Shown: positions 1-12,300 of the stretch, piece by piece
Layout of the letters: each line of letters starts with the position of its first letter
Numbering within the stretch: the stretch's first letter is position 1
Notes under the pieces: model-generated
The model's database searches: none
What the model saw: only the letters and a program-made list of their open reading frames with translations
What the model was told of the DNA's origin: nothing
Made by a program: the position numbers and the translations under genes
Assembly: GCA_001687465.1 (NCBI GenBank)
Contig: LVLI01000141.1
Span: 183,034 to 203,033 of the forward strand
Reading direction: 5' to 3'
Source: Halocafeteria seosinensis
Taxonomy: Eukaryota
Length of the DNA: 20,000 nucleotides

Positions 1-2
1 CA

Positions 3-1073
3 AGTGCCGTTCCGCACAGCCAAGCTGTGTGGAATACGCTATTGGAATTGTGTCTAAGTGATGATGTGTCAGACCCCAAGACTATGCAAAAAGTGCAGGA
101 AGAGGTGGCGTTAAACCGCACGAATTCAACAAAGCCACCGGTTAGGGAAACAGACCAGTCGGCGATATCAGACTTTGATGAGGAGACAGCTGAGCTGAAT
201 AAGGAAGCACGGGAGGAAGCACTAGACTCCGAAGTGCTCAATGAAATCTTGCGAAACAGGCAAGCAAATTACGATCAAGAGCACGCCCTTGTTTTGGTCC
301 AACTACATGATTACTACAATGGCATCGTTCATATGGCTGATAAAATGCAGCTGTATGACTTACTCTTACAAACTCAGATTACTCACGCAAAGGCCGCGTC
401 ACGGCAAGGAAACTCGGAGGAAGCGAAGATGACGCGACAAGAGATATTGGCCACTGTAAGCCAACATGGTATAGCGGATCGTGACTTGTATGTAAACGCT
501 CTGCAATATTTTGTCGATAGTTATACTGCATCAAACGACAAAGAAACTGAAAAAGAAGAGACGACTTGCATCAAGACCGTTTTAAAAGAAATCAAATCAA
601 AAGGAGTGCTCGAGCCTCTACAAGTAATTGATATCGTGTCCAGTAATCCGCGAACGCCGTTTGTATTAATCAAGAACTATATAACCGACCAGTTGAAGGA
701 AGAAGAGAAGACAACAGCAGAAGACCAGCGCATCGTGGAAGGACTGAGGACGGAAGCCCGACGATATAAGGAACAGGCCAACGAGTACCGGAAGAAGGTG
801 AAACAAGTGCAGGAGGAGGGGTCGAAGGCACTAAGAGACACACGATACGGTACACGATCCATGGCGCTCGGACCCACATCGCTTACCGCTGAAGAAGAGC
901 AAGAGATCTATCAAAAGCAGCAAGCTCAAAAGAAGTTTGGCGACCCGAAGCGTCTTCTTCAAGACCTTTCCACAGCCGCCAGTATGGAAACAGTTACGGA
1001 ATATTTTAAGCACGGTTTATTTGATAAAGAAGCTTTGGAGAAGACTGAACCTGAGCGCGAAACGGACGACTAG
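3..1073 (+). CDS. VPS11: Vacuolar protein sorting 11 homolog (HOPS/CORVET core), C-terminal part; 5'-truncated at the window edge
   Basis: Frame is open from base 3. It has a clathrin-repeat-like helical region (VWNTLLELCL...YDQEHALVLVQLHDY...LYVNALQYF...LEPLQVIDIVSSN...IKNYI), a coiled coil (EDQRIVEGLRTE) and a VPS11_C-like tail (RLLQDL...ETVTEYFKHGLF). TAG stop at 1071-1073. No RING cysteines seen. Confidence 0.8.
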   Translation, partial: SAVPHSQAVWNTLLELCLSDDVSDPKTMQKVQEEVALNRTNSTKPPVRETDQSAISDFDEETAELNKEAREEALDSEVLNEILRNRQANYDQEHALVLVQLHDYYNGIVHMADKMQLYDLLLQTQITHAKAASRQGNSEEAKMTRQEILATVSQHGIADRDLYVNALQYFVDSYTASNDKETEKEETTCIKTVLKEIKSKGVLEPLQVIDIVSSNPRTPFVLIKNYITDQLKEEEKTTAEDQRIVEGLRTEARRYKEQANEYRKKVKQVQEEGSKALRDTRYGTRSMALGPTSLTAEEEQEIYQKQQAQKKFGDPKRLLQDLSTAASMETVTEYFKHGLFDKEALEKTEPERETDD

Positions 1074-1092
1074 AGTGCTTGACACAACGTAC

Positions 1093-1098
1093 AATAAA
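1093..1098 (+). promoter_or_regulatory. Candidate polyadenylation signal of VPS11
   Basis: AATAAA 20 nt after the stop codon; a second AATAAA lies near 1247. Motif only. Confidence 0.3.
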
Positions 1099-1327
1099 CA
1101 CAGTACCGGTAAAATTCTCTTAGATGTATCACGTCCTTGTCGCTCATTGCCTGTTAACGTGAAGCCAACGAGCTATTCCCCCGCGAGCAACCAGTGGTCG
1201 CCGACTACTTGAGTTAAGACGCGCTGAAATGTCGTGTTCAGGATTCAATAAAACAGGAAATGCGTATTGTCTAATTTAGAGTTGATTATTCGTTGCATTC
1301 ATTCTTGAAGTTGTTTGGATCCATGAC

Positions 1328-1686
1328 ATGGCGGAGCAAACAGAGGAACGAAGGGACGACAAGCTCTCGTTTGAGCAAATCTCCCAGTTAAAGCTACAGA
1401 AAGTACGTTAATGACTGCTATTTTCATTCCATCTCTTGTGCATCAAAATCAACCCTGGAGTTCACGTTTGTCTTACCCTTCAACGACACAGAGTGAGATA
1501 AAGCACCAACATAAGGCTTACTTGGAGAGTCACCCAGAGCTCCAGAGGATCCTCAACGACTTTACAGCGTCCGTCTTGGCGGAGAAGCCAGAAGATGTTT
1601 ACGCTTTCGCACAACGATATTTCGAACAAATGCGCCCACTGGTGAAGGAAGAAAATGGGCAACAATCGGCAGACAAAAGGGAATAG
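1328..1686 (+). CDS. Small RIIa/dimerization-docking (DD) domain protein, RIIAD1/CATIP-C-like, 89 aa; exons 1328-1402 and 1492-1686
   Basis: ATG at 1328 and a phase-0 intron 1403-1491 (GTACGT...ACAG). The spliced product MAEQTEERRDDKLSFEQISQLKLQK|SEIKHQHKAYLESHPELQRILNDFTASVLAEKPEDVYAFAQRYF matches the DD motif YL..HPEL..LL.DF...L..KPEDV..FA..YF. Confidence 0.8.
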
Positions 1687-2166
1687 AGGGGGCGCCGATG
1701 CAGACCATGTTACAGCGTTAAAGCTTCCATCACTAGCATCGTACCAAATCTGGGAAGTCGGATTCATATAGAACGACAATATTCTCGGAACACAATTTTC
1801 TCAAGGCCACTGTCCTTGCAGGAACACCCGTGTACGATACCCCATACTCGGCAGTTCCCGGGCAAATCTCTTGGAACTGAGTATGATTTCAAGCCAGAGA
1901 ACATGATAGTATAAGGTCAGTTCCCCTGTATGTGTGTCTGGCAAGCGACACGATTGATGTATTTGCACCCTTTGCGATCCACGAAGAAGAATATAAAAGA
2001 AAGGAAAAGTGAAATCAATAGCTACAGCTCGACAATTTATACAAATTAGCATGTGTGCGTGTGCATACTCAGTATTGTGTTTGTTTCAGTCAAGGAATTC
2101 TGGGTGTTACAGAAGAAATTTATCATCTAGCCGAAACAATTTGTCATATGGATGTCTTGTGCGTCA

Positions 2167-3093
2167 TTAAAATCTCTGTTGTAGTCGAGAGGCCACTTGT
2201 CTCATCTGGTTATATACCTTTCCGGGAGGCGCACCGAGTATCAAGCTGCAGATAGCATCTCTTGCAACTTGAATGTTACTGTAGGCTCCCAGGATATGTA
2301 TCTTAGAATCTGCAACGACGATTCTCGTGCGGGTAGCATTCTCTATAGCATGCCGTGTCTTCCCCTGGTGGCCCGCAATCCTACCGATGGCACGGCTCAA
2401 ATGATCCCCTTTCAGTGACTTAACATCTTGAATCTCGAACGACTCTGTTGCCAATTAACATACATGTTGTATAGTTCGTATCTATGAATATAATAACTGC
2501 TACCAGTGCCTTACCGATGTATAAGTCTTCTAATCGAAGCAAAGCCACAGCGTCGTTAACTTCGAAACCTAACATAAAGGCTCGGACAAAGTCCTCAGCT
2601 TTTTGGAGCGCAGAGAAGTCCTCTGTATACTCCGAAGTCTGTATCAAGCGGGAAAAAAACACAATCATTATGGCTCGCTTTACAGCACAATACGCATTAT
2701 GTGAGAGATCGTACCCTCATCTCGACACATCTCGTCTTCGGGTTAAATCTAATCTGTAGCTTCATGTATTCCACGACGGGTCGCATTATGTCCTCCCATT
2801 GCTCACGTAAGGGTGTATATCGGTGCTGAGGCACCCTAATGGAACGAGTCTCTGATTGTTTGGTCTGCAAACGAATAATAGTTGCATAAGAGCCTCCCTG
2901 TCTATCTGGGTGTCAGGCTAGACAATCCACATACTGCCACGTCCGCTGCACGAAGAGCTGGAAATGAAGGTCGACTGTCTGTCTTGCCCGGTCCACTAGC
3001 GCTAGCGTCTCCACTACCGCTGGCATGTGTTCCATTGCTGGCTGAATGCATTTCCACGTCTTGCGACGGGATCTCTTCCTCCGCTGCGCTCAT
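2167..3093 (-). CDS. PNO1: Pre-rRNA processing KH-domain protein PNO1/Dim2, 236 aa; exons 3093-2935, 2864-2715, 2638-2515, 2444-2167
   Basis: Three GT-AG introns (2865-2934, 2639-2714, 2445-2514) join into one frame with the hallmark motifs [95 protein letters not shown] and [11 protein letters not shown]. Confidence 0.96.
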
Positions 3094-3429
3094 TTTCTTC
3101 TCTTCCTAAGCCTTATCACTCAGGTCAGACTGTTGCAGACGATAGTGCCGAACTATATGACTACTCAACGGGCTTCTACAAACACCTATGCGCATCATGC
3201 CACGCACATCCTCGCTGTATATGGAGGATGGCGGTCTGACACCTTCAGGTTGAAGTTATACTGAAACATTTGATTGCCATGTTGTCCGCCCTTATCCCGT
3301 CGCGGGTTTAATGCTCAGCAAGCCACTCATCTTGTCGTATTGGAAGACATATGAAGACTCCTATGTATAATATTGCTTACACGCTCTAAGAATTGTCAAC
3401 CTGTTATAGGCCTAGAGAGATAGACAAGG
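3094..3429. promoter_or_regulatory. Short divergent intergenic region, probable bidirectional promoter (PNO1 / lipase)
   Basis: 336 bp between head-to-head ATGs, with an AT-rich TATAATATT near 3367. Positional inference only. Confidence 0.4.
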
Positions 3430-4590
3430 ATGAAAGGGCTCTTGTTGAACTTGAGCCTCTTGGCGTTGTGCCTCTTATCCATGTGCGGGTCTGCCGTCGG
3501 AGGATACAACCAATCGGAAGCCATTCGCTACGTTTGGGTACGTATACTAATTCGTCATTTGCCTACCGTCTCCTTCTTGATGCCACAATGTTTCTGTTGT
3601 CTGAATGCAGCTGTCGGCCGCGGCTTACTGCAGTGCGGAGAGCATTCGGCACTGGAACTGTGGACGCCCATGTAGGTTCACGGCGTGGTATTTATAGTGA
3701 AATGCATATGGCTTTAACCTGTTTTCGTTTTTCAGGCGAGGAAATACCATCCATGCGAGACGTGAAGCAGATATACAACGAAGATTACGATGCTCAAGTA
3801 TACGTTGGGCAGTTCAAAACAAGTTCTGCTGCTGCTGGTAAGCTCCCTTCTTTTTTAGTGTGCTATACGCGTTACTATGTATGCATACTCTTGTCAAACA
3901 GACACCGTCATAAGCTTTCGAGGGACGATCCCTTCTTCTATACAAGACTGGATCGATGATCTCTATTTTACTGAAGAGGCTCCGTATCCCTACTGCTCAG
4001 GGTGTAAGGTACACAGCGGCTTCTATGATACATACAGTGCGCTAAAGCCACAAATCAAGGAAGCGCTGAATGACCTTGGGGTGGATTCTTCGACGAACAT
4101 CCAAATCACAGGGCATAGTCTTGGAGCGGCGCTAGCGGCACTGTGCGCCTTTGATTTGAGACACGAAGGGTACACTGTGCATCAAGTCTTCACGTTCGGA
4201 CAGCCGCGTGTGGGAAATAAAGAATTCGCTGAGACGTTTTCATCGACTGTGCACCAGTCCACTACGTATAGGGTTGTACATTGGGCAGATATTGTCGCTC
4301 AGCTTCCCTGGCAGTCTACGTTTGGCGTGCCATTTCATCACGTCCCCACCGAAGTTTGGTACAACGCAAATAGCTCTTCGTATACGGTGTGCAATGGCAG
4401 TGGTGAGGACCCGAATTGCAGTGACTCACTGGATCTTGCGCTGTCTGTATCGGATCATCTTCACTACATCAATATTCCTATTTCCGGGAGTTGTGACCCT
4501 GGTTCGTTCAGTTTCAACGATGCCGCTTCGTTCGAGATATTGAGTGCAGAAGCCAAAAAACAACTTGATCGTATAGGGAAATCAAACTAA
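3430..4590 (+). CDS. Secreted class 3 lipase (alpha/beta hydrolase, Lipase_3 family), 319 aa; exons 3430-3537, 3611-3671, 3736-3837, 3902-4590
   Basis: Signal peptide MKGLLLNLSLLALCLLSMCGSA. GT-AG introns 3538-3610, 3672-3735 and 3838-3901 restore LSAAAYC...WNCGRPC, VISFRGT and CKVHSGF. Nucleophile motif GHSLG at 4111-4125, TFGQPRVGN, catalytic Asp in HWADIV and His in SDHLHY. Confidence 0.93.
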
Positions 4591-6316
4591 ATGAAGAAGG
4601 ATGCTTATCCAATAGAGAAATCAATTTTGTCCTAATCATTCAGAGAAGAAAGGTAGGAATAGGTAGGCAATGTATTCAAGGGTCTGGTAGATAAGTCGTG
4701 GAGCTTACGGTAACGTTTGCCGGTGTTCATCCATTAGAGTATCATATTACCCGAATTGATGCGCAGTTTTACCAACCCTCCTCACCCCCGCCCAGAGGAA
4801 ACTCCTGTTTAGATTAAAACACTTATGGTATGCTTGCTAGAGCACCAAAAGGACGTAACCAGTTCGAAAACGGCATATGGCATACTGCCTGCGGACGTGA
4901 GGGCTACAATCCTCGTTGTTTAGCCTACAAAGCGCCCGGGAGACAGGAGAGAGACCGACAGTGATCTTGCTACAGCTGCGCTTTTTATACAATTGCATAA
5001 ATCCCCGTTATTCTGTGTATTAGAATTGCTCTAACCGGAAGAATCTACTCTGCATGTCAGGGAGTAGTATCAAAATAGGTACGGAGAGAACTGGGACGGA
5101 AAAGGCCTCAATGCTGTGTAGTATAGTGTGTACCAGCCCATCCCGTTCGAGACGTGCGCAATAAAGACTTGGCTGATAGTTTTTCGTCAAGTGTTGGCAC
5201 GGCACATCATGCCGCACATGTGAGGAGATTGATGCCCAATTTCCGTGACAGTTTCCTGCCTTCAGCATTTGATACGTCCTCTGGTCATCATGGTAGTGCA
5301 GGTTCCTTATCATACACTTAGAGTCTCTATATGAGGTTAACATCAATTAGATCAGCGATCCTATTTACGGGATTGTGGTCGCGGCCTGTTCAGTTTCAAT
5401 GCGCAGCTTCGATCCAGATAAGTGCACAACCAAGGAACAAATTGACGGTAGAGCAGAGAGCTCAAATCAATGAGAAAGTCGAGCAACTGTCTCTTCGTAC
5501 CGGTACTGCTGTTTTCTTTCCCATGTGATCCGAATCGCCTTCATGCTGTTACCAGCATCATTGTGCACGCCCGAAATCACGCGGAGTTTACCAGTATTTC
5601 TCGTCCTCCACCTCCAAAGGCTGTCCCTGTCTCAGTCAAAGGACAATTAGTGCACTTTTGCTTCAGCGCAAAGAAGGAATGCAACTTGTTTCGAACATAC
5701 TAACTTGAGGCACCGATGGGGAAACAAGAGGTCATAACCGGAGGCGGAGTTGCCAACTGGATGTGCCGCATCTACCGGTACGACTCAACCCCTGGAAACT
5801 TCAACAAAATGCAACATTTGTCCAAATGGGCTTGAGGAGAAGAAGCGTGCATGGCACCATATCATGACTGTTACTTCCAGAAAATGCCGGATGAGAAAGG
5901 AAAAGAGCGACAACTTTGTATGCTGGCCAATGCGTCAGGTCGCAGCCGAAAGAGCCGTACCGCCACGAGCGGCGCACCGGCTCTCGCAAGCTGCCAGTCA
6001 AGGAATATGCGCCGATACGTTTGGAATCATACCCGGGTAATAAAGCAATGGGGTTGTTTGTTTTTCTGTCTTCAAAGTGGTTAAAAGTGTAACAAAAGCG
6101 AAGAAGAGAGTTTTCGTGAGTAACGTTTGCGTCATTCCTCCCTTTTGTGGTTGTTTGTATTTTTGAAAGGAAGCACGCCATGCGACCGAACTGACCCGAA
6201 AGAGCCAACGACGTTGACGTGTTCTGTGTATGTGTTTTGTGTAGAATTCGTGTTACACACGTACTGGCATAAGAACACCCCTCATCCCCTGCGACACTAG
6301 GACTAAAAGAGGCAAA

Positions 6317-9300
6317 ATGGCTTTGTATAGCCGAAACGAGAATCGCGTCGTTGAGCCTGTGAGCGATTTCCCGGAGAAGAGAGGCTGGAGGACAACAAAG
6401 AGGAAACGATATTTTAGTACCCGAAGAGAAGCTCATCGGACACATATAACCACCTTTTTAGCAGCGTTATGCGCAGTCTTCAGCGCGATATCGAGCGCGG
6501 ACATTACTATGAGATACGAGGATTCCATAGACCCCAGACTTCAATGCGAGGGTAAGTAAACGCCAGCACGAGCGGCGCTTCGCCACCGCCGCTTCAACTC
6601 GTGCGATATGTTGTTTCTGCAGAAGGACAAGCCAGTTTCATCCTGGAAACCGGCGAAGATTATTCTGAAAAGTGTTTTAAATTCATTGACATTGGTACGT
6701 GAACCAGGGCTAGGGTGGGAGCAAGTGACTGGACGGTCTAACGTTCGTGTGCTTTGCCGCAGTAATACCAACGGAAAATTTTGGAGATGTCGACAAACTT
6801 GTTCTCGATGTCGATAAGGGCAGTGCTCAGTTTCTTTCCCCTGTTGCTGCGGATAGAGCGGTGGTAGTGCTCAATGAGACATTCGAGGATTCCTGTGGTA
6901 TGTGGCCTTGTGGCCTATCGAGTACATACAGGTGCACCACCCAAATTCCCATTGAATTGTTTGCGACCCGTTTATGCAGTTGAACACCCAATTCCGGGTG
7001 GAGGAGAAATTTGCGGTGGACGAAAAGACTGGATGCTGCTAGTAGTTCATCCCGATACCGACTTTGCAACAGCATCTGATATCGAAGTGGGTATCGATGT
7101 CCGCTTGATGGCCAGTTCTAGTGCTACGTCTACCATATATATGCGCGGTGCATTGAGTAGTAGCTGTGCTAATCCTGATGAATTTACGGCTAACAGCACT
7201 GATGCCACCGAGTGGGTCGTTCCCGGAATTGCGCATCGAGTATCCCGGCAAGATGTCAGCATAGATACTGATTTGCCAGGTCGCCATTACGAAGTGCCCT
7301 TGGATTCCCACAAGCGACCATATAGTGTCAACGTTGAAATATCCGAGTGCATAGACGTTTTGAACGCAACGTGGACTTTGCAGTCACCTGGTGGAATTAG
7401 TGAGATAGAGGACCAATTCAGCGTCTCAGAGGGCCCGCTGAAACAAAGGCAATGGTTTAATGAATTGCGCCGAAATAGTATTACGACGTTTGAGATATTA
7501 GATTCTGATGGCTCCGTAGGAGCAAAAACTGCCCGCTCATTTGGATTAGATACCGAGTTCCTCGTCTCTCAGTTTGAAAATATTCCTGACACGGTACCGG
7601 TGCTACACGCTCAAACGAGGAAGATGGAGCACTCTGCAACTATAGTTCTCGAGGGAGAGGTTATTGATTATACCTATATAAATGAGACGGATGTTCTGAG
7701 TGTTGTCCCTCCCCGTTCAGAGCTCACTGCCAATTGGCGGGCTGTGAAAAGGACTTTGACTGACCCAGTTGGGCGTAAGATAGCAGGAGCGACCCTGACA
7801 CAGCGAGGGTCTATCTTCTTTACCGAACATTTACTCTTTCGCAACGCTTCGGTAAACGTTGCCCACGATGGTGAGTGGCTTGTAAGTGACGAAACTTTCA
7901 TAAACGCTTCTATGCAATGCGGGAGGCACTCTCTCGAGCTAAGTCGCGGTGCTCATTTTACCGTGGATGCACCTTTCCTTGGTCCTTCACGTGGTAACGC
8001 ACCCGAGTTCAAATTCGATTTGGATTCCATTTTCCAAAAAATGGGGTTGATGGATTATGCGGGAAGCAAGGCATTCCGTGGATTGGCTTGCGACCTAGAG
8101 TTTTCAGTCGAAATAGGAAACTCGTCGTCAGATGGCTCCCGTGTATACCACTGGCAGGAACTAGAGAGCACGATGTCTTTGGACTTTTTGGCATGTGATC
8201 CTGTAGAGTTCAATGGCTATCCGGCCTTTCCGAACAGGTCGCATGCTTGTGATCAGTTCTCATTGGAGACTCTCGACCCAGACTCCCGGAACAGCATCTT
8301 CCTGGAAGGGGCTAGCCTCTCTCATGAGCTCCTTGCCGTGGATGGAGAGCCGTTTGAAGAAGATACACAAATTTACCCTGGAAGAGAACTCACGTTCCTC
8401 ATCGAATACGAGATGCCGTTTACAGCCGAGGGAGAACTGAGCATCGCAGTAGATTTGGACACGAATTACTTGGTTTCCCCGCAAAATTTTCATGATAACG
8501 CAACCTATCCTTTACGCACCCGTTCTGGTTCTGGACGCATCCCTCCTTTAGGTTTTTTTCAATACGGTGTTAACGATAATCACTTCGGTTCCATATCCGA
8601 AAGTGTTCCGCAGTTACATATCTCGGGCACACGATTCACTCTTACGTGGCCAGCTGTTCAGGATAGTGACAATCGGCAAAGCACTATTCATATTCTTTAT
8701 ACGCTCCCTGTAAGGGACATTCCTTCGGCCGATGGAACAGATATAATATCCACAGCCAGAGCTAACTCGGATGCTAGAACGGCGGCTTCTCAGGAAGCCA
8801 TCAACGAAGCCAAAGTGGAAGCGTCAATTCAGGTAGTAAATCGACAACCTGTTCTGAAAATAAGAGCGGGTTTCGCCGGAGTCACAGGTAACCGAGAAAC
8901 CAGTGGGAATACGCTTCGTCCGAATGATGGAGAGCCTCGACTGAGCAACTGTGGGGGTACTTGTGGTATATCAGACCTCTTCGTCTTTGAGAGATTCGCG
9001 CGAGCATCTTGGCCCTTCGTCAGCAGTGGGGAAGAAACGTCTTTATCCGAGTCCGGAATTCTTGACATGCCTCAGGAAATAACGAACCTGGATGCTGGCG
9101 ACGTCGCTGTCTTCGCTGTCGGACTTGTGAACTTGGGGGGATCTTCTGCTTTCGATGTAAAGTTCGAATGTTGGACGCCTCTAATGTCTCAGAATGCAAC
9201 GATGTTCCCTCTGTCTGCTAATATCTCGCTCGTATCTAACGGAAGCTCATTTGAGATTTCAGGCAAAAGCGGCAATCTGTTTGTAGATGATGAAAACGTG

Positions 9301-12300
9301 CTCTTCGTCAACGCAAGTGTCTCGAAACTAGCTGGGAGGACTCAGCCGTCAGGTGCGCCGGTTGCCACCGGAGAGAACACTTTGGTCTTACTTGTCGAAA
9401 CCACCGCTGAACCGTTGCTGCAATGGTCCGGCTTCACGTCGAATGCGTATAACACGCAATCTGTAGAATGTCGCATCTTGGAGTACGCCTCTGTTCCTGG
9501 AGGACCGGATTTTACAGAATCCAGCTTGGATCTTCCTGATTTTGAGTCTGAACCTGCCGTTGGACGAGCAGCTACTGCTACCTTTGCAGACTCTTGGATT
9601 ATTGGGGAAAGTAGCAACCCTTATACAAGCGATAACTTAGTTGGTGCTGACAACTGTGTGGAGCAACACCACGGAGAAGAGACTCGGCTCGGCATGCTGG
9701 TCGAATTTCCCGAGGGCTCTACGGATAAAGCGATTGCCAGTGTTGACATGAGACCACCAAATTCATTGTTCATTCTTGAAGAGTCAGTTCTCTTTTCCAG
9801 GACTTTTCTCGGAGCTCCTGGCCATGCTCAGAATTTCTCCGATCAGAGTGTGGGAGTGCTTGTAGGAGCTAACATTCAGGCTCGTATCGACATCGGGATG
9901 ACCCAGGGCGGCAACATCTCGATCAAGTTCACTGACGTCGTGAACTGGCCTGATAACAAATACAGCAGTGTGGACTCGTTTGATACAGACAAAATCTATT
10001 TTGAGTTTAGCACGCGGGTGGATGTAGACTTCGTCAAAGTTACTGGCCAGGAAGCCGTTTTGCAAGTTTCATCGCCTAGTCCGTCTACTGCGGAATTGAC
10101 CGGGAGCTCTTCGACTCCGATCTGTTTCGATGGCACTACGCCTGCCGAAGTGGTGTTGGTGGAAGCGAAGAGTAATATATCCGGGGTCATTAGTGCTTAC
10201 GACTTCTTTGAAGCGTCGTTCACTCTTCAGTTGGACGGCATGGACCAAATTCCTGCCTATGGCAACTTCACTCTGGCAAGTGAATCGCAGAATGCTACGT
10301 TTAGTGGAGTCTTCTGGGAAGATGGATCATGGACTACGGGTGTCGATGGAGAATGTAGCCGGCAACTAGCTTCTGGGTCACTCCATGTTTCACAGCTCTC
10401 GTTTGGATGCGAGGGCCAGTTTCCTCCTGGGGCACAATTGAATTTTACGGCAGTTTTTGTAGTCCAACCGAATTTAATTAGACCGTTGGGCAACGTGATT
10501 GGATCAGCGACATGGGCGTGGCAGAGCGCACCCGGTAGTTTGGAAGACGATGGAACATGGATGAATGTCCTGCGCCGCCAGAGCGATATTGACGCTGTCA
10601 GCCTCAACGTTGCTGGCCTGGTGAACGGCGGCCTGAGTATTACCAATACGAGCTTCGAACATACTGCAAGCTCCCGATTTGATCCGGAGATAAACGATGT
10701 TACGTTTGGAGAAGTAATCACACTCAGTGTTGCTATCCAACCACCAGAGTCTCAGTTCGATGCTGGCTTAGTCTTGAGAGCGAATGATACTTTAACCGGA
10801 GGCGTAGAGGTACACGACATTCGACTTCCTTCGTCAAAGGTAGGAAGGTTTGTCACTGTGGACACAAACTCATCTGACATTTTTTCCAGCTCGAGTGGGA
10901 ATGGAACACATGTCTTTGTGTCACTCGGTGAAATCTTGATTGACACAGGCAATGCATTTTCTACGCCTCATGATATGGAGTTTACGGTTGAAATTGACGT
11001 GTTGTTAAATGCATCTTCAGAGTTGGAAGATGGGGATATCGTTGGTCTCGATGCAAGAATTTATTACGTTTGGCCGCTTGAGGATCTCAGAAGAGATGGT
11101 GTCAGCGAACTTCTTGGTACGACAAAATTTGAAGTTGTGGAGCCTACCCTAGTCCTAGGGCATGAATTACAAGTTCCATCTCTTAACATAACGGGAGACG
11201 AGGTTGTGACGATTGAACTGGCGTTATCGCACGAGGATGGTATCCACGTTGTGGCACTCGGGGATACATCGTTAACTGCGGGAAACAATGAATTAGTTAG
11301 CGCGGGATTCTCGGTCACCATACTCGATACGACGTCAGAGTTTTCCTCATTATATTCTGTTTCAGAAGTGATCGTCAATGGCAGTCAGCAATCAATAACC
11401 CATGGCACTCGGGTCATTCACACTATCAGGGAATTTCACCAAACGTCAGGTCCATTATACATCGACTATAAGATTCGTCTAAACTCCGATGTTGAGAGCG
11501 GCAAGACATTCACGCCCAGGTTTGAGTTGTCATGGAGCTCTGGGCCTCAAGACACTGTCAGGGACGAGTTTGGGTTATCTTCCAGTGTTCTAAGGGACTA
11601 CTCTTTTGCAACGGAAACCGAGAGAAATTTCAAAATTGCTGAGCCGGTGGTCCAATTGTTGTCGGCGAATGACGATGGTCTTGTTGACTTCTTGGGTGAT
11701 AATGAAGTCACTTTCGGAACTGCGATCTTTTTCAATTTCTCCTTGTCTGTAGTAGAGGCACAGGTCACAGATGGACTGCTGCATCTCGAAGTGACAAATA
11801 TTTTCTTTCTTGAGCTAGATACTGTTTTTGTTCCACGCGGCATCGGCTTCGAAAACTGCACACATGATAAGACGGATTTGTCGTTGACCAAGGATTCTGC
11901 TGATATTCGGTTTTGCCCGTTTCTAAGTAACACTACGGGAGGTGCGCGATACAATATCTTTTACTTTACTGGGAAAGCTTACGTAGATGGATGCAACATA
12001 CCTCAAAGCAATCGAGGAGAGGTTGGTCACATTGAGGTCTCATTTTCTTCCAAACTCACCAGCTCAGGTGTCGTCCACTCAGCGGAGAAAAAGCTTGTGG
12101 AACCGCATGGTGTTTCTCTCAACGCGGTTGTATCGCCAGTTTCGGGTTTGTTCTCGGGCGTCTTTGTGGACACACAGATAAGAGTCTCTTGGGAGGACGA
12201 GAAAGACTTATCGCCAGCCTACAATGTAACATTGATTGACGACGGTGTCGTTCTCGACGAAGCCGATGCGTTGATTCTTGTGTTAAGACAGATCTCGGTA

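Noticed and set aside
3393..3959. 188-aa ORF overlapping the lipase 5' region
   Set aside because: Only 3736-3837 is the real lipase exon 3; the rest is read-through of introns and other-frame exons.
5801..6445. 214-aa minus-strand ORF overlapping exon 1 of the giant gene
   Set aside because: No recognisable motif, non-ATG start, atypical composition and no consistent splice model.
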